Notes under the pieces: generated by a model
Database searches by the model: none
Seen by the model: the letters and a program-made list of their open reading frames with translations, nothing else
Told to the model about the DNA's origin: nothing
Program-made: the position numbers and the translations under genes
NCBI RefSeq assembly: GCF_046119375.1
Contig: NW_027367200.1
Span: forward strand, 1-60,809
Direction of reading: 5' to 3'
Source of the DNA: Phyllobates terribilis
Lineage: Eukaryota
Length of the DNA stretch: 60,809 bases
Part shown: piece by piece, positions 1 through 10,874 of the stretch
Position numbering within the stretch: position 1 is the first letter of the stretch
Layout: every line of letters begins with the position of its first letter

Positions 1-526
1 TGCCCCTCCCTCTGTTGATCAGTTTACCGTTAAGCCAACAGAAGTTACCCACAGAACTTCGAACGGGATAAACTCAACCCATAATCCCCACCAATCTTAT
101 AGGATCAGGAAAGGATTGTTCATCACTTGGTCAGGTACGAAGAGAATGAAGGACCCAGAATTTTTCTAATAACGGCCATCATTCGGGCACCAGAAACCAG
201 AGTTTCACTAACATTGTATGGAACACATTTTAGACAGCAAGAATCTGTATTACGTGATGCGCAACAGTACAACCGAGGTTTTCAATGATGGCGAATTGCA
301 AAATAGCTACTAATTCAATTCAATTAGGTTGGCATAGATGAGTATAAGGAGTGGCGCTTCTGGCCGGAGCTGTGGACGTTGCGTAGGCGACGACTAATCG
401 CAGCAAAATGAGTTGACAGTAAATGATTTAGAGGGAGGGTATCCGACGAAAAAATCAAGTCCCGTTGGAAAAAAAATGAGAATCGTAATAATAGTTCATC
501 AGTGAAACGAAAAGTTGATGAAAGAC

Positions 527-1210
527 CTTCCAGGCTTTACTATTCCACTGACGTTTTCAACGATGTTTATAGAGGCTTCTTGTAGTGGAGACCCGACAAG
601 TTTACTGAACACCTAATGCAGAAATTAGACAATAAACATAGTATAAACAGATGAACTTATGGTTTCATACAAAAAATGTACAGTACAAATTTCTTACTGA
701 AAGTATGTCTTTAAGAGAATTCCAAAGAGTTGGAAGAGGCTTTCCATCAACTACTTTGCACTTAGCTTGCACACAAAGATTGTCATATCTCATCTCAATA
801 CAAGGTAACTCTATGCCAACTCTACATGCAAGAAAAATGGTTTAGTTTCCATTTATCAACAAATTGAAGATTTGTATGCAAAAACCAATGTGGTCAACTT
901 ACTTGTCAATTCTTGTTCTGAGTTTGTGCAATAGGTGCAAGTTGTCAGCTTCAACCTGTTTAAGAAGGCGTTCGACAAAGAGTTGGCGATCCAAAGGTCG
1001 GAGTTGAGTAACATCAATCATCCTTTTTCTTTTAGTGTTTGCATCTTCTTCTTCTTCATCAAATAGAAATGTTCTTGATCTTTGATATGTTGGCAATCTC
1101 TGGAGCTCAGCCCATTGTTGAATGAACTCATCATCAAGAACATCTTTTGAAGAACCGAACGATGATCTAAGGCTTGTTCTTAAAGCTTCTGCTCCAACCA
1201 ACTCAGACAT
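527..1210 (-). CDS. 5' part (exons 1-3) of a second PDR/ABCG transporter, tandem paralogue of 16010-25206; completeness unknown
   Basis: Exons 903-1210, 698-821 and 527-612 have GT-AG borders and splice in frame (...[14 protein letters not shown]...[19 protein letters not shown]...[24 protein letters not shown]...[14 protein letters not shown]). Exons 2 and 3 have the same sizes (124, 86 bp) as in the full-length copy. Exon 4 is not seen in 1-526. Confidence 0.8.
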
Positions 1211-1268
1211 AACTCAAACATAAAAACAATCTAGATGTATCATTACAATATATAGTTGTTTCTAAGCC

Positions 1269-1287
1269 AAGTTTGACTTTGAATGGG
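1269..1287. promoter_or_regulatory. Conserved 19-bp upstream block containing a W-box (TTGACT)
   Basis: AAGTTTGACTTTGAATGGG is identical at 1269-1287 and 25299-25317, about 60 and 95 bp upstream of the two PDR start codons, while the flanks differ by indels. Confidence 0.5.
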
Positions 1288-1560
1288 TGTATTCATTTGA
1301 GATAGAGGAGATATCTAATTATAACTAATGGTGTAGAGGAGGTATTCATTAAACAAATGAAAAAGTTATACTTATGTGCGTAATTGGTAAGCCACCACTT
1401 TTAATGGAAGTCGGAATTTTGGGGATTCTGTACATGAGACATCTCACTATCTTAAGAGTTAAGATCTCCAAGGAGTTTATTTGATGTCACTAGACTATGA
1501 TTCTCCAAGGGTTAATATTGGTACTCTTATTAAAAGGCGATTTCACTTTTATTGAATTAG

Positions 1561-2235
1561 AGATGTCTGACTGGATTCAAACACGAATTAGAGAGATTAT
1601 CCGGGAGTCATTTTGTCGCTTCCTCGCCCTTTTCTAAGTGTGGAACCCCAGCTCGGTCTCAAGGATGGTCGCCTCTCAGTGATGATTGGATCAAGATCAA
1701 TTTTGACGGTGATGTAAACTCTTCTGGAAATTTCATCAGCTATATCATTAGAAACTCCACTGGAAGTATTATTACTGCTCATCAAAACTTTGTCAATGTT
1801 TCTTCTCCACTCCAGGCGGAAGCCCTTGTCGCGTTGGTTGGTGTTAGGGCGTCCTTTGTCTTGGGTTGTCGGAAAGTTGTCATTGAAGATGACAACGTAA
1901 CTGTCATTCACTCTATTCGCCAAACTTGGAAGGTGCAATGGGATATTGCTAACATTATCAAAGACAGACATGAGCTCTTAAATAGTTTCCGGGCTTACAA
2001 GACCTCGATCATCAAAAGAGAAGTCAATGCTGCGGCCGACTTCATCACTAAAAGCTCTTGGACTTATGAAGACGTAGATTTCATTATTGACTTCCTGAAC
2101 AATAAGTTCGGAAACTCTAGAACCCTAGACTTACAGCTATCCCAAAGTAGGGTGCTGGACTTTGTAAAGATCATCCGCTCTGATGATTTAGGAATTCCGA
2201 TCTAAGAATTCATTTGTATCGCTTGTTAAAAAAAA
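1561..2235 (+). mobile_element. LINE (L1-type) 3' fragment encoding an RNase H-like domain
   Basis: Open frame 1561-2205 reads WSPLSDDWIKINFDG...QAEALVAL.G...VVIEDDNVTVI...KREVNAAADFITK, the plant non-LTR RNase H (RVT_3-like) pattern. It is followed by an A8 tract at 2228-2235. No TSD found. Confidence 0.7.
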
Positions 2236-2275
2236 GGGGACAGACCCCTACCACTCGTCCATCGCAATTTTGGTT

Positions 2276-2618
2276 GCGCAAGAGACATATTTTTTTTATT
2301 ATAGGTCAACAAAGGGAATCCTCCCTAATAAGGAGGCAATTCCGCATTATCATAATTTATAATGCTTATAAAATTCATAAGAAAACTATGGAGTAAAGGA
2401 TGTTGAAGACGCATCCTTTCTCGCAAGTCCTGATGTAGTTATCAGGTACATTACATAGATTACATACATATACTACACGGTCTAAATCTACATTCTGGGC
2501 TCTTGCAGATGCTAATAAATCTACAGCTTTGTTATTTTTCCTGAAACAGTGGAGGACTCTGATATCTTGGAATTGGCGACTTTCAGAAGCGATGTCCTTG
2601 ACGCGCAAGAGACATATT
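2276..2618 (-). mobile_element. 5'-truncated LINE insertion (~310 bp) with poly(A) tail and 16-bp TSD
   Basis: GCGCAAGAGACATATT occurs at 2276-2291 and 2603-2618, with a T-tract at 2290-2297. The minus frame reads KDIASESRQFQDIRVLHCFRKNNKAVDLLA, the end of an RNase H domain (consensus DI...F...H..RE.N..AD.LA). Confidence 0.8.
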
Positions 2619-4370
2619 GATATTTCGAATTTGTATCAGGACACAATAAAATAACTAAAAAACTAATATTTAAAGTTTTCAAGAGTGGAAAAAACAGTTC
2701 TTAATAAAAGATAACTTTTTTAATGATTAGCTTTCTATTTTATTATCTTAACTAGTGATTAGCTTTTATTTTAATTATCTTGACGTGCGCTCATGAGTAA
2801 TGACTAATAACGGATCTATCTAGAACTATTTATTATTATTATTATTTTAATATATTTTAAAAACTAAATATTTTATGATTATATGTATGATTCGATAATT
2901 TTTACGAATGAATTAATGCTAAACTAATTAATTGGTCAATTTCATGTCGTGTCTGCCTTCAAGTACGGATGATTTATGGTGGTTTATGATTTATATAAAA
3001 ATATTATAGGCATTTATTTCCTCTAAAAATACACGTAAAATAAAATTCTTCTGACTTTGCTAGGAATAAATTTCCGATTATAGCTGAGCGTATGAATCAT
3101 ATTCTAAGTTTTGGTTAATCCTCACAAAATTTTCTTCTTCAAGAGTCAATAGCATTATTTTTTTAGGTTTCTCCTGCCTCATAAAATTCTTATATATCCT
3201 ATTTTGTTTTGAAAAAAAAAAGTAACTTTGATACTTTACAACTTCTCATGCATGAGATCGACCATGCTGCGTGTGAATTTTGTTTCAATCCCTCTATATA
3301 TAAATATAAATTATTTTAAAATAATTTTATTGAATATAAATATATATCATTTTATCAATTTTTTTATTTTTATCACATTTATTCATATAAAATTATTACA
3401 TTAAAATTATTTTATTTTTCTAGACATTATTTTTTATATTTTCAATGATACTTTATTAAAGTTATTTAGATAAAGAAACTTAATTTATATAAAAATTTAT
3501 TTAAAGATATTTATTTATATTAGTATGAATTAAAGTTAATTCCAGCAAAGAACGTACCGACAAATAAGATTAGATTATTGTACATTCTTTCCTGACACCC
3601 AATCCGCTAAACGCATAATATAGTTAAGCATGATCATAAATCTCTGGACACATCTTAATAACGTGATTTTCTTCCATGATAAAGAGGTGTGTTCCGGTGT
3701 GAAGTGTCCTTATGGTGTTAAATGTGAAGAATGTTGAGTCATTAGGTTAGAAGATTGAGGGCTGAGATTAAAAGATGGTTTTTTTAAATGAATCCACGTG
3801 GTGGCATTTTTGTAATTAATGGTGAATTTTTTTTATTTTTACGCTTTCTGGGATATTTTTTTTATCCCCTTAAAACTGGACGATTGCGTGTTATATGTGT
3901 ACCCGAAAAACTTCGCACTTCACATGACACTTCATACGGGATCCTTATTCATACGATTTATAAGTTCAAGAGCAGATATAGTATAAATTATGTAATACTC
4001 GATTTAACATTATATCTCCTCTGTGCTTCTTTTTTCTTCCCATAAATTTTGTATTCATTATTCACATTTTCATAGAATCTTCTCGATATCTCTTGATGTA
4101 TATGGAAAAAACTAATCATGTTTAGTTTTATTTTATTCGTCTCGACGAGTACTTTAACAAAATATAAATTTCATAATTTTTATTAACTTCATTTTGGAAA
4201 TATTTATAAAAAAAATACATATCGGTATATGTGCAGGTAAAAAATAAGAAGAATAAAAAATAACGAGGAGAGGAATATAAGTGACAGTGAAATTTGAATG
4301 AGAATTGGGAATGGTCATTACAACAACATTCTATTATGGATGATTTATTTGATCGCACTACTGAAATTAG

Positions 4371-7300
4371 GTGGCGATGGGGCGTGAATCGCCGAACCGA
4401 GAACGTCGAATTGCTTTCGGACGTTCCAGTTCTACCCGGCGACAGACTGGGGCAAAACCAATCAGTGCCGACGTCCGTCACCCTCCTCGGTGGGGCGAGG
4501 GGTCGAGATCTGTTGGTTCATGGAGTCGTGCACCGGCAGTTGAGAGGTCAGAATTGTCGTCGGACTCGAAGCGTCGGATTCCTAAGGCAAAGCGTCAAAA
4601 GGAGGTTATCGTTTCAAGCGGCGAGGAAACACCGGTCCCGCGGGTCAATCGACGCGAATCCCGAGACTGTATGGCTCGAACATCTTGATTGCGATCGACG
4701 ATCCGGAAAACCGGAGATTACCTCCCAATGGAACCTCGATCGGGAAACGACTCAATCCCTAGTTTGGGTTCGAAGACTCGGGAGAAATCGCGCTCGGTCG
4801 TGGCGACCTCCGCCACGTCAGGTAGACGCAGAGTTCACGGACTCGCCAGCCCTTCCCGTAGCACGCTACGTCCTCCCCGACACGGTAATGACGCTCTTTT
4901 AGACGTTAAGGAGGATGCATCTTTTCGTTTGGCGAAGATGACATCAAACCCTTTCGTTCGAGCTATCCAAGATTACCGTCCTCTAGCTAAGTTTTCGACT
5001 CCTTCCTTTGAGTTATATGATGGAAAGTCGGATCCGGTAACCCATATTGCATCTTTTTCACATAAAATGGCTTTATGGATTGATCACAAAGCGCTATTAT
5101 GTAAATTGTTTCCTGCTAGTTTAGGGAGAACAACATTTAATTGGTTTCATATGCTTGAGCGCGATTCGATTGTGTCTTGGGATCAGCTAGCTAGACGCTT
5201 TGTAGATCATTTCATTGCTAACAGCCAGTAACCTATGTCGGTCGGCGGGTTGTTCAAAATTAAAATGCATAAGGGAGAGACGCTCAGGCAGTTCGCACCT
5301 AGGTTTATGGAGAAGCACGCTGATATGGATCACTGTCCGGATCACACGACGATCGAGGCTTTCTAGCAGGCTTTACCTGTGGCTAGTCGGCTGCGTGAGA
5401 ACCTTACCTTACAGGTTCCTCATAGTCTGGTCAAACTACAGGACAGGATCAGTCAGTACGTGAAGCTCGAGGACGATCACAAGGCATCAGGTGATAGGAG
5501 ATCAACTTCACTGGTTCAATTCCGAGAGCGAACTGACGGGACCAGAAGCGTAAGAACAAGAATAAGGCTCCTAAGGAGAGAGGACTACTCACTAATCCTC
5601 CCTCTTCAAAGTATGTTCACTTTGTCTACAAGCTTCCGATTCAGCAAATTCTGCCTCAGATTCAGAACAAGCATTTTTTCTCCTGGCCGCAGAATCAGCA
5701 GAACGACCCGAGGAAGCGCGATCAGTCAAAGAATTGCGTCTATCACAGGGAGAAGGGGCACAACACCAAAGGATGCTACTCACTGAAGCGAGCATTGATG
5801 CGCTGGGCACAGCAGGTTTTCATAGACGAGTTTCTGGGGCACGCGGTTCATGATGTTGGAGTTGAGATCGTCCCACCTATTGTCCGAGCTGATGAACAGA
5901 TTCAAGTAATCCATGTAATCGAGTCTGCAGTGCGACAGACCGGTGAACAGTGCCACGAGTATCGGAAACGATGTCACGTGTTGGAAGACCTCCATGCAAT
6001 GGGCACGTCTTCCAAGAAACCTCGGGTGTCAATTAATGATTGTCTATCGTTCTCGGGCGACAATCTTGAAGGGTTACAGCTACCTCACAACGATCCCCTG
6101 GTCCTATCCATCCATCTAGGCAGCTTTGATGTGAAGAGGATTCTTGTCGATTCAGGCAGTTCAGTAGAGATTATGTTCTTCAGTATGTTCAAGCAGCTGG
6201 GGAAGAAGCAGCAAGACTTAGTTCTAGTCTCTATGCAGTTGACGGGATTGGGTGCCACTGCGGTTTGGCCTCTAGGGATGCTGCGTGAGACAGTCACCCT
6301 AGGAGGGAAATCTATGTTGATAGATTTCCTCGTTGTAGACGTTCTTTCAAGCTACAATGTTATTCTTGGCCGCCCCTGCCTCTATTCCATGGAAGTTGTT
6401 CATTCTACTCTGCATTAGATGATCGTTTTCCCTCACTTAGGGGAGACAGTCAGGATCCGAGGTGACCGGCGTTCATCCCGACACTGCTTAGGCGTCGAGA
6501 GCAGGGTAGCTGACACGTTCGTAGTGCAGACCGAGCCTCAGATGTTGGAGGAAGTCGGGTCAGCACCGGCCGAGCGATTGATCGAAGAGCTTCAAAGAAT
6601 CCAAGTAAGTGAAACTGAACCTCATAAATTCTTTTAAATAGGAGCTAATGTTGTAGGAAATGAATTAGAATCCCTGGTTGGACTCTTGAAAAGAAATTTA
6701 GTTGTTTTTGCTTGGAATCCTTATGATATGCCTGGGATAAATCCTAGTATAGCTCGTCATGTTTTGAATGTGTAAGGAGACGTCAAGCATGTAGTTCAGA
6801 GGGCTAGACGATCGTTAGTACAGCATGCATATGCCATCTTAAAAGAGCTCAGGAAACTTCAAGAAGCGGACGCAGTTAAAGAAGTCAAGTTCCCGACATG
6901 GGTCGCTAATCCTGTAGTGGTAAAGAAAAAGAACGGAGATTGGAGAGTTTGTGTAGACTTTACAAATCTAAACAAAGCATGTCCTAAAGAATTTTTCCTT
7001 TGCCCAAGATAGATCATCTCGCCGACGCCACAACAGGTCACGAGCGCATGAGTTTCCTTGACACATATCGAGGATACCATCAAATCCCGATGGCGCAAGA
7101 GGACCGCGAAAAGACCGTGTTTCTAACACCAAGAGGCATATTCTGCTACAGAGTAATGTCCTTCGGTCTGAAAAATGTTGGGGCAACATTTCAGAGAATG
7201 ATCACAACGTTATTCTCCAACCTGATTGGAAAGACTTTGGAAGCCTATATAGACGATATGGTTGTGAAGAACAGAAAGAAAAGTTCACATTTGATGGACT

Positions 7301-9813
7301 TTCAAGCTGTCTTCTACATTCTGAAGCAATCGGGCTTGAGACTGAACGCTGAAAAATGTGCTTTCGGCATCAGCTCAGGCAAATTTCTAGGGCATTTGGT
7401 CACCAAGCGAGGAATAGAAGCAAGTCCGAATCAGATCAAGGCTATCCAAGCAATTCAAAATCCAAGAAATATCAATGAACTCCAAAGACTCACCGGAATG
7501 GCAGCCGCTCTCAACAGATTCATCAGCAAATCATCAGATAGATGCAGCGCATTCTTCAAATTGTTGAAAGGCGACCGCCTCTTTCAATGGGACGATGAAT
7601 GCGAGCAAGCCCTGAGTGAGCTGAAGAGATATTTGCAAGAGTCAACGATACTGCCACTCCCTCTCGACAATGAAGAATTGACGCTCTACTTGGCTGTTTC
7701 AGACCGAGCTACAAGTGCAGTTCTCATTCGAACAGAGAAGGGGCGACATCATCCTGTTTATTACGTCAGCAAGACGTTGTTAGGTCTTGAAACCAGATAC
7801 TCCCCTATGGAAAAGCTTTTGCTTTCTCTAATAGTCGCCGCTAGAAAGCTCGACCATTACTTCCATGCACATAGCATCAAAGTCGTCACGACATATCCAC
7901 TTAAGTCACTCCTACGACGCGCGGACTTATCAAGAAGGGTAGACAAGTGGGCAATAGATGTACGCCAATATGAAATCAAGTTCGTACCCAGAACTGCAGT
8001 TAAAGCGCAGGTGATGGCGGACTTCATAGCCGAGTTTTCTAACGTTGAGTCAGAAGTACCGTCACACGCGTGGCAATTGCAAGTAGAAAAGCAAGGAACT
8101 TGGGAACTCCGGGTCGACGGGGCAAAGAATCGAAGAGGAGCATGCGCTGGAGTGGTCCTGATTTCCCCGACCGGAGAAACCATCAAAACAACCGTGAAGC
8201 TGGATTTCAAAGCGACCAACAACGAAGCAGGGTACGAAGCCCTAATCCTAGGATTGATCGCAGCCAGTAGAGAAGGAGCAACGCCCGTCTCGGTTTCTTG
8301 GACTCCTAGTTGATCGTGAACCAAATTTCTGGAGACTATGGTGCCAAAAACTCTAGAATGCTCGCTTACCTCGAGAAAGATCAAAGCATCCTTTCGGGCT
8401 TCATAGAATACTCCGTTAAGCAAGTACCGCGAGATCAGAATGAGATAGTCGACACTTTATCCACTTTGGCACGTCGAGCGGACCCAGATCCGATTCGTTC
8501 ATCACCATCGAAACCTTGTCTATCCCAAGCACAGAAGGAGACAGCGCGCTTCCTCTCGACACGAAATCCAGCTGGATGGATCTGATCTTCGATTTCCTTA
8601 ACACCGAGAACCTTCCTGTCGATAAAAAGGAGGTGCTACTCCTCCGCCTTAAGGCAGCACTTTTTTGGATTTCACCTGACGGGATCTTACACCGACGCTC
8701 TTTTTCAGGGCCGTATCTACGGTGCATTCCCCCCTCGAGGGTAGATGACACTCTGTACGAGCTCCATGAAGGAGTGTGTGGGGTTCACGCAGCTGGCCGA
8801 ATGCTCACCAACATTGCCAGAAGCCAGGCTTTCTGGTGGCCTTACATGCAGAAAGATGTTGAGTGTTACGTGAAGAAGTGTGAAAAGGTCAGCATTTTGC
8901 TAAGCTCATACGACGGTTGGCTGGATATCTTCACCCACTTATGAGTCCTTGGTCGTTTGTGCAATGGGGACTCAACATTGTCGGGCCATTCCCCACCACT
9001 CTGGGAAACAAGCGTTTCATGGTGACAGTAACAGATTACTTCACCAAACGGGTGGAAACCAAAACTTTGGAAAATATACGGGATACAGATATCCAGAAGT
9101 TCATATGGAAACATATCACCCCCCGATTTGGGATTCCATGTGCATTAATTTCTGATAATGGGAGCCAATTTAGTAGTATTGCATTTAAATCTTATTGTGC
9201 AGGTGCATGTTTTAAAATTAAAAATTTCTACTCTTCTGTCTCTTATTCGCATGCGAATGGACAAGCTGAGGCCACAAACAAGACGATCGTGGACAGGATT
9301 AAGAAGCGTCTGGACTAGTCGAAGGGTAAGTGGGCGGATGAGCTAGCAGCCATTCTCTGGGCGCACCGCACCACTCCTAGACAATCCACTAAAGAGCCAC
9401 CATTTGCCCTCGCTTATGGCACTGATGTTGTTTCCTTTAGAGGTCGGGCTTCCTAGGGTTCAGACCGTTGCGTTCCAGCAAGGTGGAAATGACACGGCAC
9501 TCGAGGCCAATTTGGACTTCCTTCCGGAGAGGAGAGAAGCGGGCTCTATCAAGTTAGATGCCTATCAGAAGGATCTTGTCAAGGCGCATGAGAAGCGCAT
9601 TCGAGGGAGACCCATCATCGTTAGAGAATTTGTACTTTGTCAGGTCCTCGGGAACACGAGAGATCCAATAGAAGGGAAGTTTGGGCCCAACTGGAGGGAC
9701 CGTATAGAGTCCTCGAAGACCTAGGAAACGGCGGTTACAGATTGGAGGATATGGATGGCAAGGCGATTCCACCCACATGGAACGTTGCCAGTTTGAGGAA
9801 GCTCTACATGTAG
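4371..9813 (+). pseudogene. gag-pol polyprotein remnants of Tat element 1
   Basis: ORF fragments 4371-4688, 4689-5231, 5795-6418, 7000-8313, 8516-8944, 8917-9318 and 9404-9724 carry the canonical domains in order. Confidence 0.9.
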
Positions 9814-10516
9814 ACGCTAGAGGAGTACTCTTTTTCCTACTCTTCCGGATTTTTCCTAGAGGTTTTCCGGAGGAAAAGTTTTAACGAGGTCTCGGGGTAT
9901 TTCTTACCTTAAGACAATTAGTGTTTCTTATTCATCCTATTGCATGCTACATTGTTATGCTTATATTTGATTTTGTTATTTGGATCTTTGCATAAGTTAT
10001 TATCACAGGCATTGTTGATTATGTATGGATATTCATATTGTTTCCAAGAGCAACGCACTTTTGATTCCATGTGCGAATACCAATGGTGTCGCCTTGTGCT
10101 TTATATTATTATTATCATCTCATAGCGACAGGATCGGATTTAGTCTAGTCACATTGAGTGCTCACAACACCGGTGGATTGTGACCTACACGTCCTGCGTT
10201 GGGGCACAAGTAGGAGAGCCGTGACCGACGCCATACGCGATTACACATACGGTTAGCACATCCGATGTGAATACGGTCATTGTTAGGCGCAGCCGCTAAA
10301 TTATAATCCATAGTTCTTCACTCTAAATTCTCTTGGAACGGACGTTGGGAGCAATGTGACGATATCTAAATTCGATCCATTAGTTCATCAATCTTGGGTA
10401 GGCATCCGACTAACCGTGGCAAGGATAACGCCCCACCTAGCACGTGAGCTTATGTGGTTTTTAAGACATTATTTCGGGTCTTAAGTCCCCAGACATTCAA
10501 AACCCGATGGGCAAAT

Positions 10517-10874
10517 TGATGGAGGGATTTTTACTAATTTAATCTCAACGTTATATATAATATAAAGTTAAAGAATTAAATGCAAAGCAAGCTTATTCAT
10601 TAAGGGCAAAATAGGAAGAAATGATAAAAAATAATTAAAGCCGTAAATTTAATCTTTTAATTCCTTCTTCTTTCTCAGCAGTCATGTACGCATTCATTCT
10701 ACGCATAATCAAAAACATGTTCTACACAAAACCTTTGAATTCCTTAAGCAGTTACTGACTTGGGCGTCGGAGAGTTATTCAGGGGACTACACCCCGTCCC
10801 TTGATCTTCATTTGTTTTGCAGTCAACCAAGTTCGTCAGGGATTCGAGTTGATCTAGATCGTTCCAATTCAACA
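10517..10874 (+). repeat. Probable 3' LTR of Tat element 1
   Basis: Contains ACTGACTTGGGCGTCGGAG...TGTTTTGCAG, similar to the LTRs at 31981-32446 and 43051-43498, and ends in TTCAACA as they do. The start (TGAT after GATGGGCAAAT) is approximate. Confidence 0.45.

Larger units (their letters stand above)
4371..10874 (+). mobile_element. Decayed Ty3/gypsy Tat-lineage LTR retrotransposon, 5' LTR and PBS missing
   Basis: Domain order is gag (YDGKSDPVTHIASF), protease (ILVDSGSS), RT (YIDD), RNase H, additional RNase H (WELRVDGAKN...AGVVLISP) and integrase (VQWGLNIVGPFP), ending at TAG 9811-9813. AAGTTTTAACGAGG follows pol, and an LTR-type motif ACTGACTTGGGCGTCGGAG lies near 10755. There are many stops and frameshifts, and the left end abuts AT-rich DNA. 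Confidence 0.9.

Noticed and set aside
3680-3945. Possible MITE with GTGTGAAGTGTC / GACACTTCATAC inverted ends
   Set aside because: The inverted match is short and interrupted, and no TSD was found.
4128-4902. ORFs 4294-4902 (+) and 4128-4481 (-) as genes
   Set aside because: They are alternative frames over the GC-rich Tat gag start that cross the deletion junction; no recognisable motifs.
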